DNA from: a virus | DNA length: 64,000 nucleotides | IMG/VR virus record: IMGVR_UViG_3300025141_000031 | Direction: 5' to 3' (one strand) | Part shown: positions 9,542-19,513 of the stretch, piece by piece | How the letters are laid out: each line of letters opens with the position of its first letter | Position numbering within the stretch: position 1 is the first letter of the stretch | The notes under the pieces: generated by a model | Told to the model about the DNA's origin: nothing | The model's input: only the letters and a program-made list of their open reading frames with translations | Databases searched by the model: none | Program-made: the position numbers and the translations under genes

Positions 9542-10092
9542 AAATCCAGCTCCTCTATTTCTGGGTCTTCTTCAACGTATCGGTCTGAGTCTAAATCCTT
9601 TGCATATTTTCTATCTACAAATTGTTCTTGTCCTACTGGATCATATATATTACCTTTTTTATCTACTAACCAATAATGTGGAATATATTTCCAAGCTTCT
9701 GAATACTTACTATTTTCAATCCAGGACTCTCTTTCTTTAGCATTATTCCAATTACCACCATCATCTAGAAATTCTATTTTCATTTCTTGAGTAAAATCTT
9801 TTTTACCTGATACTACTTTATCTGCTCTAAAATATCCTTGTTCTTTGTTTGGAAATGGACTTTTTAATTCTATACCATATTTGTTTTTTGCAAAAGACAT
9901 AATATCTAATGCAGCTGGACCACAACCGTCTCGTCTACAATAATATTTGTACATTTCTTGTCCAAACTTTGGATTCCCAATATGATCTAGATTATAGCTC
10001 GAGCCTCCTTTTTTTGTATGTTCTTTCCAAGCATCTATTACCTCTTCAGGTTTTGGAGTTATTGATTCTAATATTTGTTTTAGTTTAATCAT
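9538..10092 (-). CDS. MIKLKQILE-leader protein with papain/transglutaminase-like domain
   Basis: Start moved to 10092 (leader, ATGA overlap); DGCGPAA...HYWLVD...IYDP. Confidence 0.6.
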   Translation of the reverse strand: MIKLKQILESITPKPEEVIDAWKEHTKKGGSSYNLDHIGNPKFGQEMYKYYCRRDGCGPAALDIMSFAKNKYGIELKSPFPNKEQGYFRADKVVSGKKDFTQEMKIEFLDDGGNWNNAKERESWIENSKYSEAWKYIPHYWLVDKKGNIYDPVGQEQFVDRKYAKDLDSDRYVEEDPEIEELDL

Positions 10093-11267
10093 ATATACTT
10101 CTTCCAATTCTTTTCTGCTCTTTCAGCTTCTATTTCATACGGATTATTTTCATATCCATGTTCACCGTGTTTTTTACGTTTCTTTGGATCTTGTAATGAA
10201 TGTGTATATTCATGTAGTAGAGATCGAATAATATGTTCTTCATTATTCATATTAGGATAATAAATAAATATCTTATTTTCTTCATCATCGTATTGTGCTA
10301 TTGAAGACTCACTTTCTTCTCCTGTTGAACCTGGGATTCCACTTAGTCTAGCATATATGTCTTTATGTAATTCTACTATTGGTGCTGCAATTTGATACTT
10401 ACTCTTACCTAAATCATTTACTATTTGAGGATATACTCTATCTACTATATCTTGTATTATATTTTTAGACATGCCTTCTAATAATATAGCTCTTATTTTA
10501 GGACTTTTAATATCTTGTAAAATTGTTTTTACTACTGTAAAGTCTGGTATATGTCCTTTTCCAAATATATGATCAGCTTCTGGAAATTGTAATTGAGTAT
10601 AATCTCCTCCTTCAAACCATGGCTCAGGTTTTCCAGCTAATTTACCTAAATGTCTTTTCTTCCCACCACGGATAAATCCTGTATCAGGTTCTCCTGCATC
10701 TGCTCCATATGTCGATGATGAACTTCCTTCTTTAATTAATTTCGTAATAGATTTAACAGCTGGATATCGATTTAACATATTATTTACAGCAGCAATATTT
10801 TTATTACTATCGTCCATAAAATAAACTGTATCATATCCTTTCTTAATTTGTTGTTCTATCCAATCAGCTTTTAATTGTGGATTTGCACTACCTAATGGAA
10901 CTACATATGCATCTATACCTACTGTCTTTAAGAAACTAGAAACAGGTGCACCAAGTCTTCTCGCAGTTAATATAGTTACCTTTCTGGTTCCTCTTGCTGC
11001 TTTTTGTGCTTTATCTAACTGTTTCCTTAATAAATCAGCATTTTGTTTTATTAATCTCGGATTTCTAATTTTCCTATCAAAATCTTTAAAATCAAAATCT
11101 TCACCTGGTCTAGGTTTGTAAACTGCAAATTGGGCAGGGTCTAATTTTTTTACTACTCTTCCTGCTCGTGTAACATACACCCATGCATCTGACTTTGCTA
11201 TTGTATCATCAAAATCAAATACACTTAATACTTTTCTTTCTTGTATTAAAGGCGTTAGTCTTAGCAT
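10089..11267 (-). CDS. HAD phosphatase + zincin metallopeptidase fusion (MLRLTPLIQE leader)
   Basis: FDFDDT, ILTAR, K and MDDS HAD motifs; HEYTH...NPYEIEA zincin motif. Confidence 0.75.
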   Translation of the reverse strand: MLRLTPLIQERKVLSVFDFDDTIAKSDAWVYVTRAGRVVKKLDPAQFAVYKPRPGEDFDFKDFDRKIRNPRLIKQNADLLRKQLDKAQKAARGTRKVTILTARRLGAPVSSFLKTVGIDAYVVPLGSANPQLKADWIEQQIKKGYDTVYFMDDSNKNIAAVNNMLNRYPAVKSITKLIKEGSSSSTYGADAGEPDTGFIRGGKKRHLGKLAGKPEPWFEGGDYTQLQFPEADHIFGKGHIPDFTVVKTILQDIKSPKIRAILLEGMSKNIIQDIVDRVYPQIVNDLGKSKYQIAAPIVELHKDIYARLSGIPGSTGEESESSIAQYDDEENKIFIYYPNMNNEEHIIRSLLHEYTHSLQDPKKRKKHGEHGYENNPYEIEAERAEKNWKKYI

Positions 11268-11905
11268 CCTACTTCATCCTCTGGTAATTCTTGTATATCA
11301 TTAGATTCTAGTAAAGTATATGAAAACGAATTACCATGTATTTCTCTTGCTGATTGACAAATATCTAAAAATTCATGCCAATCATCATTATCTGCAATTA
11401 CTTGACATCCTGCTGAATATTTACCAACTCTTATAGATTTTCCACCTGCTTTTGCTGTGGCTCTATGTATATTGATTCCGAATAAACCTGTGTCACAAGT
11501 TGATTCATCTAAATCATAATTGTTGTCACGGTCATTATCTCTATAAACTGTAACATTTTCTTTTTGTCCTAATGCTAAATACTTACCTCCATGTAATCTA
11601 AGTTTATGAGATCTTCTGTATTGTCCAGGTTTTAGGATAGCACATCCCTTTTCTTTTATCCACGGATTCTCCATCCATGCAGTTCCTGGATCAGTTGTAC
11701 AATCATAACATCCGTAATGCCATTCGCCATCTACTTTATATGAAATTGTAATTTTATCATCAAATGCATTTGTAACTCTACCTTTTGTTGCATTGTTTCT
11801 AACACCTACAATGTTTACATCGTAGCCTTTATTGTTAGAGTCTTCGAACCATTTGTAGCCTTTGGCTTTTACAGCTGATTCAATTTGTTCTCTTATGTAA
11901 GACAT
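11261..11905 (-). CDS. L,D-transpeptidase (YkuD)-like murein enzyme
   Basis: TTDPG...GINIHRA...YSAGCQV His/Cys motif; TAAGGAG RBS. Confidence 0.7.
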   Translation of the reverse strand: MSYIREQIESAVKAKGYKWFEDSNNKGYDVNIVGVRNNATKGRVTNAFDDKITISYKVDGEWHYGCYDCTTDPGTAWMENPWIKEKGCAILKPGQYRRSHKLRLHGGKYLALGQKENVTVYRDNDRDNNYDLDESTCDTGLFGINIHRATAKAGGKSIRVGKYSAGCQVIADNDDWHEFLDICQSAREIHGNSFSYTLLESNDIQELPEDEVGC

Positions 11906-11945
11906 ATTTTTCTCCTTAATTGTTTATTATTCTATATATAAATAT

Positions 11946-12509
11946 CTAGTAATGATTAATTGGTGGCGTAATTGGTAACACAATTTGCACTACTCCATTG
12001 TATATATTATATGCTGGGTCATTACAACAAGCTCCATTATTCCACCCTCCTGTAAGACAATCTCCTATTACATTCATACTAATTGATAAATTATCTGGAG
12101 TACATGTTGGGCCTACAGTTACTCTAAATCTCATAGTAAATGGTCCAGTTGATGCCGTTCCCCAATCTGGATTGAATCCTGTATTTACAAATCTCCATCC
12201 AGGTCCAAAATTTAACCCACTTGGATATGTATTTTGTAAATCCCATAACCAATATCCTGTTGAACCACCTGGATTACCTGGAGCTATGATAGGTTGTAGG
12301 TTAGTCCACCCTGCTCCTAAGTTAATTTGAAAAGCAATTATCCAATTTATATTTAATTGAGTAAATGTACCTAATGTATAATTAACTGTGACAACTTGTC
12401 CTGGTGTATAAGGTCCTACCGGGTTTATCCAAAATGATTGATTAGATACGCATTGTGAATTAGCATTTAAACTAAATAATAAACATAATATGAATAATAA
12501 CTTTTTCAT
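11946..12509 (-). CDS. Secreted beta-rich protein ending PITPPINHY
   Basis: Signal peptide MKKLLFILCLLFSLNANS|Q. Confidence 0.75.
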   Translation of the reverse strand: MKKLLFILCLLFSLNANSQCVSNQSFWINPVGPYTPGQVVTVNYTLGTFTQLNINWIIAFQINLGAGWTNLQPIIAPGNPGGSTGYWLWDLQNTYPSGLNFGPGWRFVNTGFNPDWGTASTGPFTMRFRVTVGPTCTPDNLSISMNVIGDCLTGGWNNGACCNDPAYNIYNGVVQIVLPITPPINHY

Positions 12510-13036
12510 CTTATTAAACTAACTTGTCCTGTATAATGTTGATTATGTGTTCGTACTGAATAAGTATATATTCCTATCTGGCAGTTCTTACCATCCCATG
12601 GTTCATTACTTGTAGTTTCATATACTTTCTCTCCCCACCTATTATATATGATTAGTAATTTTATTTCATTTCCATCTGCGCCATGTACATAAAATGTTTC
12701 ATTATGATTATCACCATTTGGAGTAAATGAATTAGGTATAAAGATCTGCAGATATGGACAATCTTTTATTATAACTTCATGATAAGAAGTATCTCCTTCA
12801 CAACCAAACCTAGTAGTATAAACTGATATAATATATGTGCCTATAGAATCTGGCCATTGTACTGTAATAGAATTTCCTTGATTATATATGATATCACCGT
12901 CTGAAATGTCCCAATAATATACTTTATCAGCATCATAACTTACTTGATAATTTTGTGGTATGATATCACCACAATTGGTATAAGTTTCCTGCGCTAATAA
13001 ATGAAAGGGTAGTAATATGAATACCCACCATCTCAT
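12506..13036 (-). CDS. PKD-like + T9SS type-B sorting domain (gliding motility-associated CTD) protein
   Basis: Signal peptide; FIPNSFTPNGDNHNETF...IYNRWGEKVY...WDG...GIYTY...GQVSLIR. Confidence 0.9.
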   Translation of the reverse strand: MRWWVFILLPFHLLAQETYTNCGDIIPQNYQVSYDADKVYYWDISDGDIIYNQGNSITVQWPDSIGTYIISVYTTRFGCEGDTSYHEVIIKDCPYLQIFIPNSFTPNGDNHNETFYVHGADGNEIKLLIIYNRWGEKVYETTSNEPWDGKNCQIGIYTYSVRTHNQHYTGQVSLIR

Positions 13037-13608
13037 TAATAATGTTGTATTGGTCCTGTAACTGGTCCGTTATTTACTGTAACATTAATAGTTGTATTAC
13101 AGCCAGCCATTGAATAAGTTAATACGTAATTTCCTACACCAGCTGAAGATGGTTGAAATGTATTTGCTACTACACCTGTTCCAGACCAAGTACCTCCTGC
13201 AGGATTACCTACTAATGGAGTTGTTGGGTCACCAGCACAAAATGGTCCAATTGGATTACCAGATAAATCTAATACATATACATCTATTAGTACTGGAGCT
13301 CCAGGACAACCTGCTGCATTAGATTCAATAACTTCTACTGCATTTGGATAAAGACCACTAACTCCACCCCAATCTACTGTAATAGAATTTGAACCTTGTC
13401 CAGTTTGTAATGCTCCACCACCACCTGTAATTGTCCATTGATAAGTTGATGTAGGAGTATTAGTTACAAAATATTGTTCCCCTAATGCATTTACACATAC
13501 TGTATCTGGGTTAATTGTTGTTTGACCAAATGTAAATATAGTCGTTGCCATCATTATCATTGTGATAAAGAAGGTCAATAATACTTGTTTGTTTTCTTTG
13601 TAATTCAT
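13036..13608 (-). CDS. Secreted PKD-like protein ending PVTGPIQHY
   Basis: Start moved to 13608 (AGGAG RBS); signal peptide; YQWTITGG...GQGSNSITVDW; PAGGTWSGTGV...F.PS.AGVG. Confidence 0.8.
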   Translation of the reverse strand: MNYKENKQVLLTFFITMIMMATTIFTFGQTTINPDTVCVNALGEQYFVTNTPTSTYQWTITGGGGALQTGQGSNSITVDWGGVSGLYPNAVEVIESNAAGCPGAPVLIDVYVLDLSGNPIGPFCAGDPTTPLVGNPAGGTWSGTGVVANTFQPSSAGVGNYVLTYSMAGCNTTINVTVNNGPVTGPIQHY

Positions 13609-13633
13609 AACTTTTCTCCTTTTATATAAATAT

Positions 13634-13879
13634 CTAATTTTGTACTCTAACCCTAAGCTTTTTAATTTTATCAAGGAATTCTTCTACAGTATAATCCTTT
13701 CCCATATCATCTAATATAACAATATGTTCTAATACATCTGGAGCTTCTTTAATGATACGCTGTAGCCGTTCAAATCCTGTACCTGCCCAAAATACTTTAA
13801 ATGATTGTTCTCCTAATAAATAATTTTCATTCATTAGATCGTGTTGTTCATACCCTGATGGTAATATAAAGTATTGCAT
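13634..13879 (-). CDS. Hypothetical protein
   Basis: ORF in operon. Confidence 0.6.
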   Translation of the reverse strand: MQYFILPSGYEQHDLMNENYLLGEQSFKVFWAGTGFERLQRIIKEAPDVLEHIVILDDMGKDYTVEEFLDKIKKLRVRVQN

Positions 13880-14727
13880 TATACTACTGATCTACCTTCT
13901 AACTTTTCCCAATCTTTTTCTGGTCTTACGTTGCAATTGGTATTCCATACACCTTTCAATGTATGTAGATATAAACCTAAACTTTCTCCAAAGTCAATCA
14001 TAGCTAGAATATCTTTAGGAAAACAACTTCCACCAAATCCATTTTTTCCGTCTGGACCTGGTACACTTAAATGACTATGGCCAATCCTACCATCTCTTAC
14101 AAATCCATCTACTGCTACATTCCAATCTACTCCACACCTATCTGCTACTGTTCTCATTTCATTCATAAATGATACTTTAGTTGCAAAGAAACAGTTATTC
14201 ATATATTTAATCATTTCTGCAGTTTCAAAATTAGTTTCAATACACGGAACTGAGTCTCCAAATCTCCATTTATATAAATTAGCTACTACTTCTGTATTAT
14301 GTTTGCTACCACCTATTATAAATCTAGATTGGTTTATAAAATCAAATTTAGCTGATCTCTCTGTTAAAAATTCTGGGTTAAATACTAGACGTAATTTAGG
14401 AAATTCATCTTGCAAATGTTGTGTTGTTCCAGGTGTAACTGTTGAACGTATTAATATTACATTATCTTTACCATTATGTATAGAATTTATGTCTGTTAAT
14501 GCAGATTTTAATATACCTAAATGCATGCTACCATCTGGATTAGAAGGTGTTGGCACTGATATGAATATAACATCCGACTTATTAACTGTTTCTTCTAATG
14601 TATGAATACTTTTATTTGGATTCTTATCATATGACCTTAGTTCTGCATCACATCCAGTTTGTGCAGAAAATCCATATTCTACAGCTGATCCAACGAATCC
14701 TCTTCCTATTATTCCTATTTTATACAT
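13879..14727 (-). CDS. ugd: UDP-glucose/GDP-mannose dehydrogenase family, short form lacking the C-terminal domain
   Basis: GRGFVG, SVPTP, RSTVTPG, FNPEFL, GFGGSCFPKD. Confidence 0.9.
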   Translation of the reverse strand: MYKIGIIGRGFVGSAVEYGFSAQTGCDAELRSYDKNPNKSIHTLEETVNKSDVIFISVPTPSNPDGSMHLGILKSALTDINSIHNGKDNVILIRSTVTPGTTQHLQDEFPKLRLVFNPEFLTERSAKFDFINQSRFIIGGSKHNTEVVANLYKWRFGDSVPCIETNFETAEMIKYMNNCFFATKVSFMNEMRTVADRCGVDWNVAVDGFVRDGRIGHSHLSVPGPDGKNGFGGSCFPKDILAMIDFGESLGLYLHTLKGVWNTNCNVRPEKDWEKLEGRSVV

Positions 14728-15625
14728 TTATTTTCTCCATATAACCAGTAATCCATTTCTGTAAATTACCATTTGGTTTCCAATCTAAATCTAAATCTAT
14801 TTTTGATATACAAGCTAAAGTTTCAAATGGTTCTATAACTTTATTACCATAAGTCTTTACTCCACCCATCATATCAACCAATTCATTTACTGAGATGTTA
14901 TTACCATTACCTACATTATATATTTCTCCATTAAATTCCTTTAACGATTCTGCACACGTAATATTAGCTTTAACTACATCATCTACAAATGTATAATCTC
15001 TTTTTTGTTTTCCATCATTATTTATTGTACATGCTTTACCTTCTTTAATTTGAGTTGCAAAAATTGGTATGGCCAATCTATATGCTCCATCTAATGACAT
15101 CCTATCTCCGTATACATTAAAGTATCTTAAGCATACAGTATCTATATCATATAGAGTACTAAATAATTTACAATATTGTTCACCAATTAATTTATGTAAT
15201 GCATATGGTGATATTGGATTCAACTCATGAGATTCAGATGTAGGAACTTTTGCATCTCCATATACTGAACTAGATGAACTAAATACAACTCTATTAACTC
15301 CTGCATCTACAGCAGCTGCTAATAAATTATGAGTTCCATTTACATTAACATCATGATATGGAACTGGTTCTTCTATAGATGGTTGTACTCTAGCTAAAGC
15401 AGCTAGATGAAATATTGTATCTACTCCTTTCATGAACTCTGCTAAGTCCTCTATATTTACAGTTGATAAATCTTGTTTCCAACAATAAGCTGCTGGATTA
15501 ACATTTTCTACTTTACCTGTTGAAAAATCATCTATGATAGTTACTTGAACTCCCATATCAATTAACGCATCAACTACGTGAGAGCCTATAAAACCTGCTC
15601 CTCCTGTTACTATTACTTTTTGCAT
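14720..15625 (-). CDS. NAD-dependent sugar epimerase/dehydratase
   Basis: TGGAGFIG, SSSSVYG, YALHK, LRYFNVYG. Confidence 0.92.
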   Translation of the reverse strand: MQKVIVTGGAGFIGSHVVDALIDMGVQVTIIDDFSTGKVENVNPAAYCWKQDLSTVNIEDLAEFMKGVDTIFHLAALARVQPSIEEPVPYHDVNVNGTHNLLAAAVDAGVNRVVFSSSSSVYGDAKVPTSESHELNPISPYALHKLIGEQYCKLFSTLYDIDTVCLRYFNVYGDRMSLDGAYRLAIPIFATQIKEGKACTINNDGKQKRDYTFVDDVVKANITCAESLKEFNGEIYNVGNGNNISVNELVDMMGGVKTYGNKVIEPFETLACISKIDLDLDWKPNGNLQKWITGYMEKINV

Positions 15626-16851
15626 ATTATTAAATCTTTTTCGTATGTTTTTAAATGGTTTATTGTTAGTCTTAAATTACCAACTTCAAATTCTTGGCCC
15701 ATGTCTTCTTCAAGAAGTATATTTTCATGAACTTTAATTATATCTGGTAATTGTTGAATATACATAAAATCAGTATTAGAAAATGTACTGCCATCTATAT
15801 CAACTAATACATCATCATAATCTTTTTTGTCTAATTCTGTCAGTGAATGACATCGTTTATTTAAATTAAAACTAGTTTTGAGTTGTTCTAAATCAATATA
15901 TTCTTTTATATTTGCATCAGAATATATTCTATCACACCATGGTTCTAAAGTTTCTAGTAATCCTAAATTACAATTCTTAACTCTAAATGCTATATTATAT
16001 TTAGATGGAACAATTGGTTTCATATATTCATCATGTTTACAAAAATGTCCCCATTTCCTAATAAACTCTCTAGTAGATTTTTGGTTTTGAGTTAACCATT
16101 CATCTGTCTCTCTGTTCTTCATAAATACATTACCATCTGGATTTCTTTTTGCTCCTTCAGCAAACCTACTACCTCTACATGTCATATGATAAACTGCACC
16201 CATCCAAGTTTGAACAAATTTAATTCCATATAAATGAAACCTATTAAATATATCTGTATCTTCTTTTGATTGTGGAGCAAATAATTTATCATGTCCTCCT
16301 ATATTTTGGAAATCTCTTTTCCAAAATGCCCAAGGCGCAAATATTCCTTCTGTAGTTCTTCCGTTATATGTTGCTTCATAAGCTGAATTAGTTATGAATT
16401 CTAGTAAGCCTTTTTCATCAAATTCTTCTGGCTCTATTCCAAAATCTTCTAATATCTTTTCTGGGCCTGGAGGATGTAGTGGTGGTTCAATTCTAGTTAA
16501 TGAAACAATTGTTTTAGGTTTCATATATTTTTCTACTGCATCAATTGCTCCTGGACATAAGTACATATCTGCATGATATATCATACAAATATCATTTGTA
16601 GCTACTTCATTAACTAATCTATCGTATAATATTGTATGACCTAATCTTTCTGTTTTTTGGTTCCTAATTGCTTTGAAATTAGAATCGTATTTGATCATTT
16701 CTTGACACCAATTCCATGTGCCATCTGTTGATGCATCATCTGCGATGCAAATTTCTACCTCATGATGTCCTTGATTCTTTCTAATCGAATCATAAGACCA
16801 TTTAAGATATTTTAAATTGTTTCTTGAAGGTTGTATTAAACTGATTTTCAT
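15613..16851 (-). CDS. GT2 glycosyltransferase with C-terminal extension
   Basis: ISLIQP, ADDASTDGT, HAD, KEDTD. Confidence 0.85.
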   Translation of the reverse strand: MKISLIQPSRNNLKYLKWSYDSIRKNQGHHEVEICIADDASTDGTWNWCQEMIKYDSNFKAIRNQKTERLGHTILYDRLVNEVATNDICMIYHADMYLCPGAIDAVEKYMKPKTIVSLTRIEPPLHPPGPEKILEDFGIEPEEFDEKGLLEFITNSAYEATYNGRTTEGIFAPWAFWKRDFQNIGGHDKLFAPQSKEDTDIFNRFHLYGIKFVQTWMGAVYHMTCRGSRFAEGAKRNPDGNVFMKNRETDEWLTQNQKSTREFIRKWGHFCKHDEYMKPIVPSKYNIAFRVKNCNLGLLETLEPWCDRIYSDANIKEYIDLEQLKTSFNLNKRCHSLTELDKKDYDDVLVDIDGSTFSNTDFMYIQQLPDIIKVHENILLEEDMGQEFEVGNLRLTINHLKTYEKDLIICKK

Positions 16852-17731
16852 GATAATATTTTAAATAATTTTCTTTTGCTCTATTACTACAATATAAATA
16901 AAATTTGTCGTCTTTCCTAAGCTTTTTGGCTATTTGTTTTGCTGCCGGAATATCTCCAACTTCTACTGTACAGTCTGGGTGACAAATCATTTGTGTATCT
17001 AACCCTTTATACCCGATACATGGTATTCCTAAATAACCACAATTGAGTGCAAACGTTCCTGCTGCATGAGTCCTCATTAAGTGGACTCCATACTTATGAT
17101 TATTTAAAACTTTAATCCAATCTACCCATTCCATATAAGGTAAATGAGTTAAATTATCCATTTGTTCCTCACCTTTAACTCTTCTACCCATACTTGGAAT
17201 ACTCATATGTACACCAAATTCTTGTGCTACTATGTAAGAATCAAAACCACCATACCAACTACAGAAATTTCCTCCTATCATAACATCTTGTCTATTAACG
17301 TTAGGTAGATTTTTTACTGAACCTCCTATCATTAAACTTGGCATAATAATACATTCCTTTCCTGTAAGACCTGAGAAGTATTTTCTATCTAGTTCGTTAT
17401 GAACAAATAAGAAATCCATATCCATTAACAAATTATAGAATCCTACTTGTTGTTGTATAGTATAATCTTGAAAATACCAATGAGGTCCTTCTTGCATTGA
17501 AGCTACTTTGTCACACCATTTCTTTATAGAATCTAAATTAAAAACTGGATTTTTCTTTGGTACTATAATAATACCTAAATCATATCTGTCAATATATTTA
17601 GGTAACTCCTGATGAAGATTAAAATGATCTGCATTTAATGTATTCATCCAGGCCATCTCTGTTCTCATATTCGGAAAGTCTCTACTTACCTTTCCTTGCC
17701 ATTGGCCTTCTGTAAAAAATGCTATTTTCAT
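16802..17731 (-). CDS. Probable GT-B glycosyltransferase
   Basis: GTFALNCGYLGIPCIG, GT4-like C-terminal signature; cluster context. Confidence 0.6.
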   Translation of the reverse strand: MKIAFFTEGQWQGKVSRDFPNMRTEMAWMNTLNADHFNLHQELPKYIDRYDLGIIIVPKKNPVFNLDSIKKWCDKVASMQEGPHWYFQDYTIQQQVGFYNLLMDMDFLFVHNELDRKYFSGLTGKECIIMPSLMIGGSVKNLPNVNRQDVMIGGNFCSWYGGFDSYIVAQEFGVHMSIPSMGRRVKGEEQMDNLTHLPYMEWVDWIKVLNNHKYGVHLMRTHAAGTFALNCGYLGIPCIGYKGLDTQMICHPDCTVEVGDIPAAKQIAKKLRKDDKFYLYCSNRAKENYLKYYHENQFNTTFKKQFKIS

Positions 17732-18357
17732 AAGTCTCTTGATTCTATTAATTTAGTTGAATAATCTTTTTCACATATTGAATAGATTTCTGGTAATTGT
17801 GATGTGTCATTTAATAAAGCTTTTGATAAATCTTTTATGATATAAGTATTTAAGTTTATATGTTGTCTTAAACTTCCAATAGATGTTGGCCTTGTCCATA
17901 ACAAACATGCATTAATATGATAACCAACATAGTATAGATCTTCTATTGAATTCAACTTTAGAATATGAATTAATTCAGACAGGTCTTCTGTTAAATAATC
18001 TGTACTTTCTATTTGAATTTCTTTGTTCTGTCTTGACCATTTTCTCCAATTCCTTTTTGGAGCAGCTGGTTGTGAATTCGTAAGATAATCAGTATTAGGT
18101 AATTTGGGGAGTATATACTCCTCTCCATGAGGTTGAAAGTTTTTCAAATTGTTATTATGATCATAAAAATTGCTAAGGTCACTAGTTTGTGTACAGTCAG
18201 ATGGATGGTGTATTATACAATAACCTTTTGATCTCAATTTATGTATCAGTTTATTTATTTTTGAACAATTAGCATTTAGATCATTTTCACTTTCATGCCA
18301 ATGTTTATCCCAACAATCAAAAATTATAACTGCAGAATTATGTTTTTTAGTCGACAT
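17728..18357 (-). CDS. Isochorismatase/cysteine-hydrolase family protein
   Basis: IIFDCWDKHW...YVGYHINAC. Confidence 0.65.
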   Translation of the reverse strand: MSTKKHNSAVIIFDCWDKHWHESENDLNANCSKINKLIHKLRSKGYCIIHHPSDCTQTSDLSNFYDHNNNLKNFQPHGEEYILPKLPNTDYLTNSQPAAPKRNWRKWSRQNKEIQIESTDYLTEDLSELIHILKLNSIEDLYYVGYHINACLLWTRPTSIGSLRQHINLNTYIIKDLSKALLNDTSQLPEIYSICEKDYSTKLIESRDL

Positions 18358-18359
18358 AC

Positions 18360-19070
18360 TTAATCTATCATCTTTTTTAATTGTTTTAATTCATCCCAGT
18401 TAGATACATATTTTTCGTACTTTGAATTATTAACTTTCATTGTTGATGTATACATTTCATAAGGTTCTACTTCTAGGAAGTTACAAATTTTATTACTAAA
18501 TGAAGTATCTAATTTCTTAATATCAGTATCATTCGAAGTAAGTTCTTCATATGTCAGTGTTAATACATTAGTATGATCTCTTAATATATCTAATTGATCA
18601 TTTACTTGCTGATGTATATACTGCATTGATTTCATAACAAAATTAACATCAACATATATTTTATCTTTTTCGATATCTTTATGATATCTTCTATTAGCTT
18701 TTGGTACTTGTTTATCATGTTTCTCTTGATTCGTTAAATAATATAAATCTTTATTTTCAGAGAAGATATGAGCAGTTGGTGTTTTTGTTAATTCTTTATT
18801 ATCATTGATAAAATTACTTATAGCAGTATGAAATACATTTGTTCGAATTAAATGTATTATCTTATATTGATCTGCATAATCTTTTATTTTTCCTGGTTGT
18901 AAATGAGGATATTTGACGTTAATACCTTCTTTATCATTTAAGGTAGGAAGTACATTTACAGATTCTTCTGCATAACATTTTAGTTGTGGGTGAGAATTTA
19001 ACATTGTCGTTAACATTGTTGCTCCTGATCTCATATATGCGTACATTATAAATTTCATATAGCTTTCCAA
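18360..19070 (-). CDS. Sulfotransferase (Stf0-like)
   Basis: MRSGATML PAPS loop, LNSHP, IHLIR.N, LTYEEL. Confidence 0.75.
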   Translation of the reverse strand: MESYMKFIMYAYMRSGATMLTTMLNSHPQLKCYAEESVNVLPTLNDKEGINVKYPHLQPGKIKDYADQYKIIHLIRTNVFHTAISNFINDNKELTKTPTAHIFSENKDLYYLTNQEKHDKQVPKANRRYHKDIEKDKIYVDVNFVMKSMQYIHQQVNDQLDILRDHTNVLTLTYEELTSNDTDIKKLDTSFSNKICNFLEVEPYEMYTSTMKVNNSKYEKYVSNWDELKQLKKMID

Positions 19071-19513
19071 TCTCCATTAAATATTTTATAGTTAACATTA
19101 TTTCTATTTAATTCTTTAATTACATCCCAATATAAAATTGTATATGGCGGATGGGTTTCATGCTTTCTTGATAAATCATCAATAAATAAACATTCAGGTT
19201 CTGTTACGTATGATAATTTATCCATTGATCTATTTACTACTATGATAGACTTATATTCAAAATTATTTTTATCTAACCAGTCTTTTGTAATACTATATGC
19301 ATCTTCAAAAGGCCTTGCAGTTAAAAAATGAATTTCGTATTCGGTTGATAATTCTTTTAGTGCTTCTTTTGCTCCATCTAAAACACGATCTTTCATTATC
19401 TCTTCTCTAGAGAATATTTTATTCCAATCAGGAACTCCATTATCTGTAAACCTTTGGACTCTTTCCCAATGATTATTTATTGTACTGTCTATATCACAAA
19501 ATAATTTTTTCAT
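19055..19513 (-). CDS. HAD-family (5'(3')-nucleotidase-like) phosphatase
   Basis: CDIDST, FLTAR, TKDWL, FIDD. Confidence 0.8.
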   Translation of the reverse strand: MKKLFCDIDSTINNHWERVQRFTDNGVPDWNKIFSREEIMKDRVLDGAKEALKELSTEYEIHFLTARPFEDAYSITKDWLDKNNFEYKSIIVVNRSMDKLSYVTEPECLFIDDLSRKHETHPPYTILYWDVIKELNRNNVNYKIFNGDWKAI

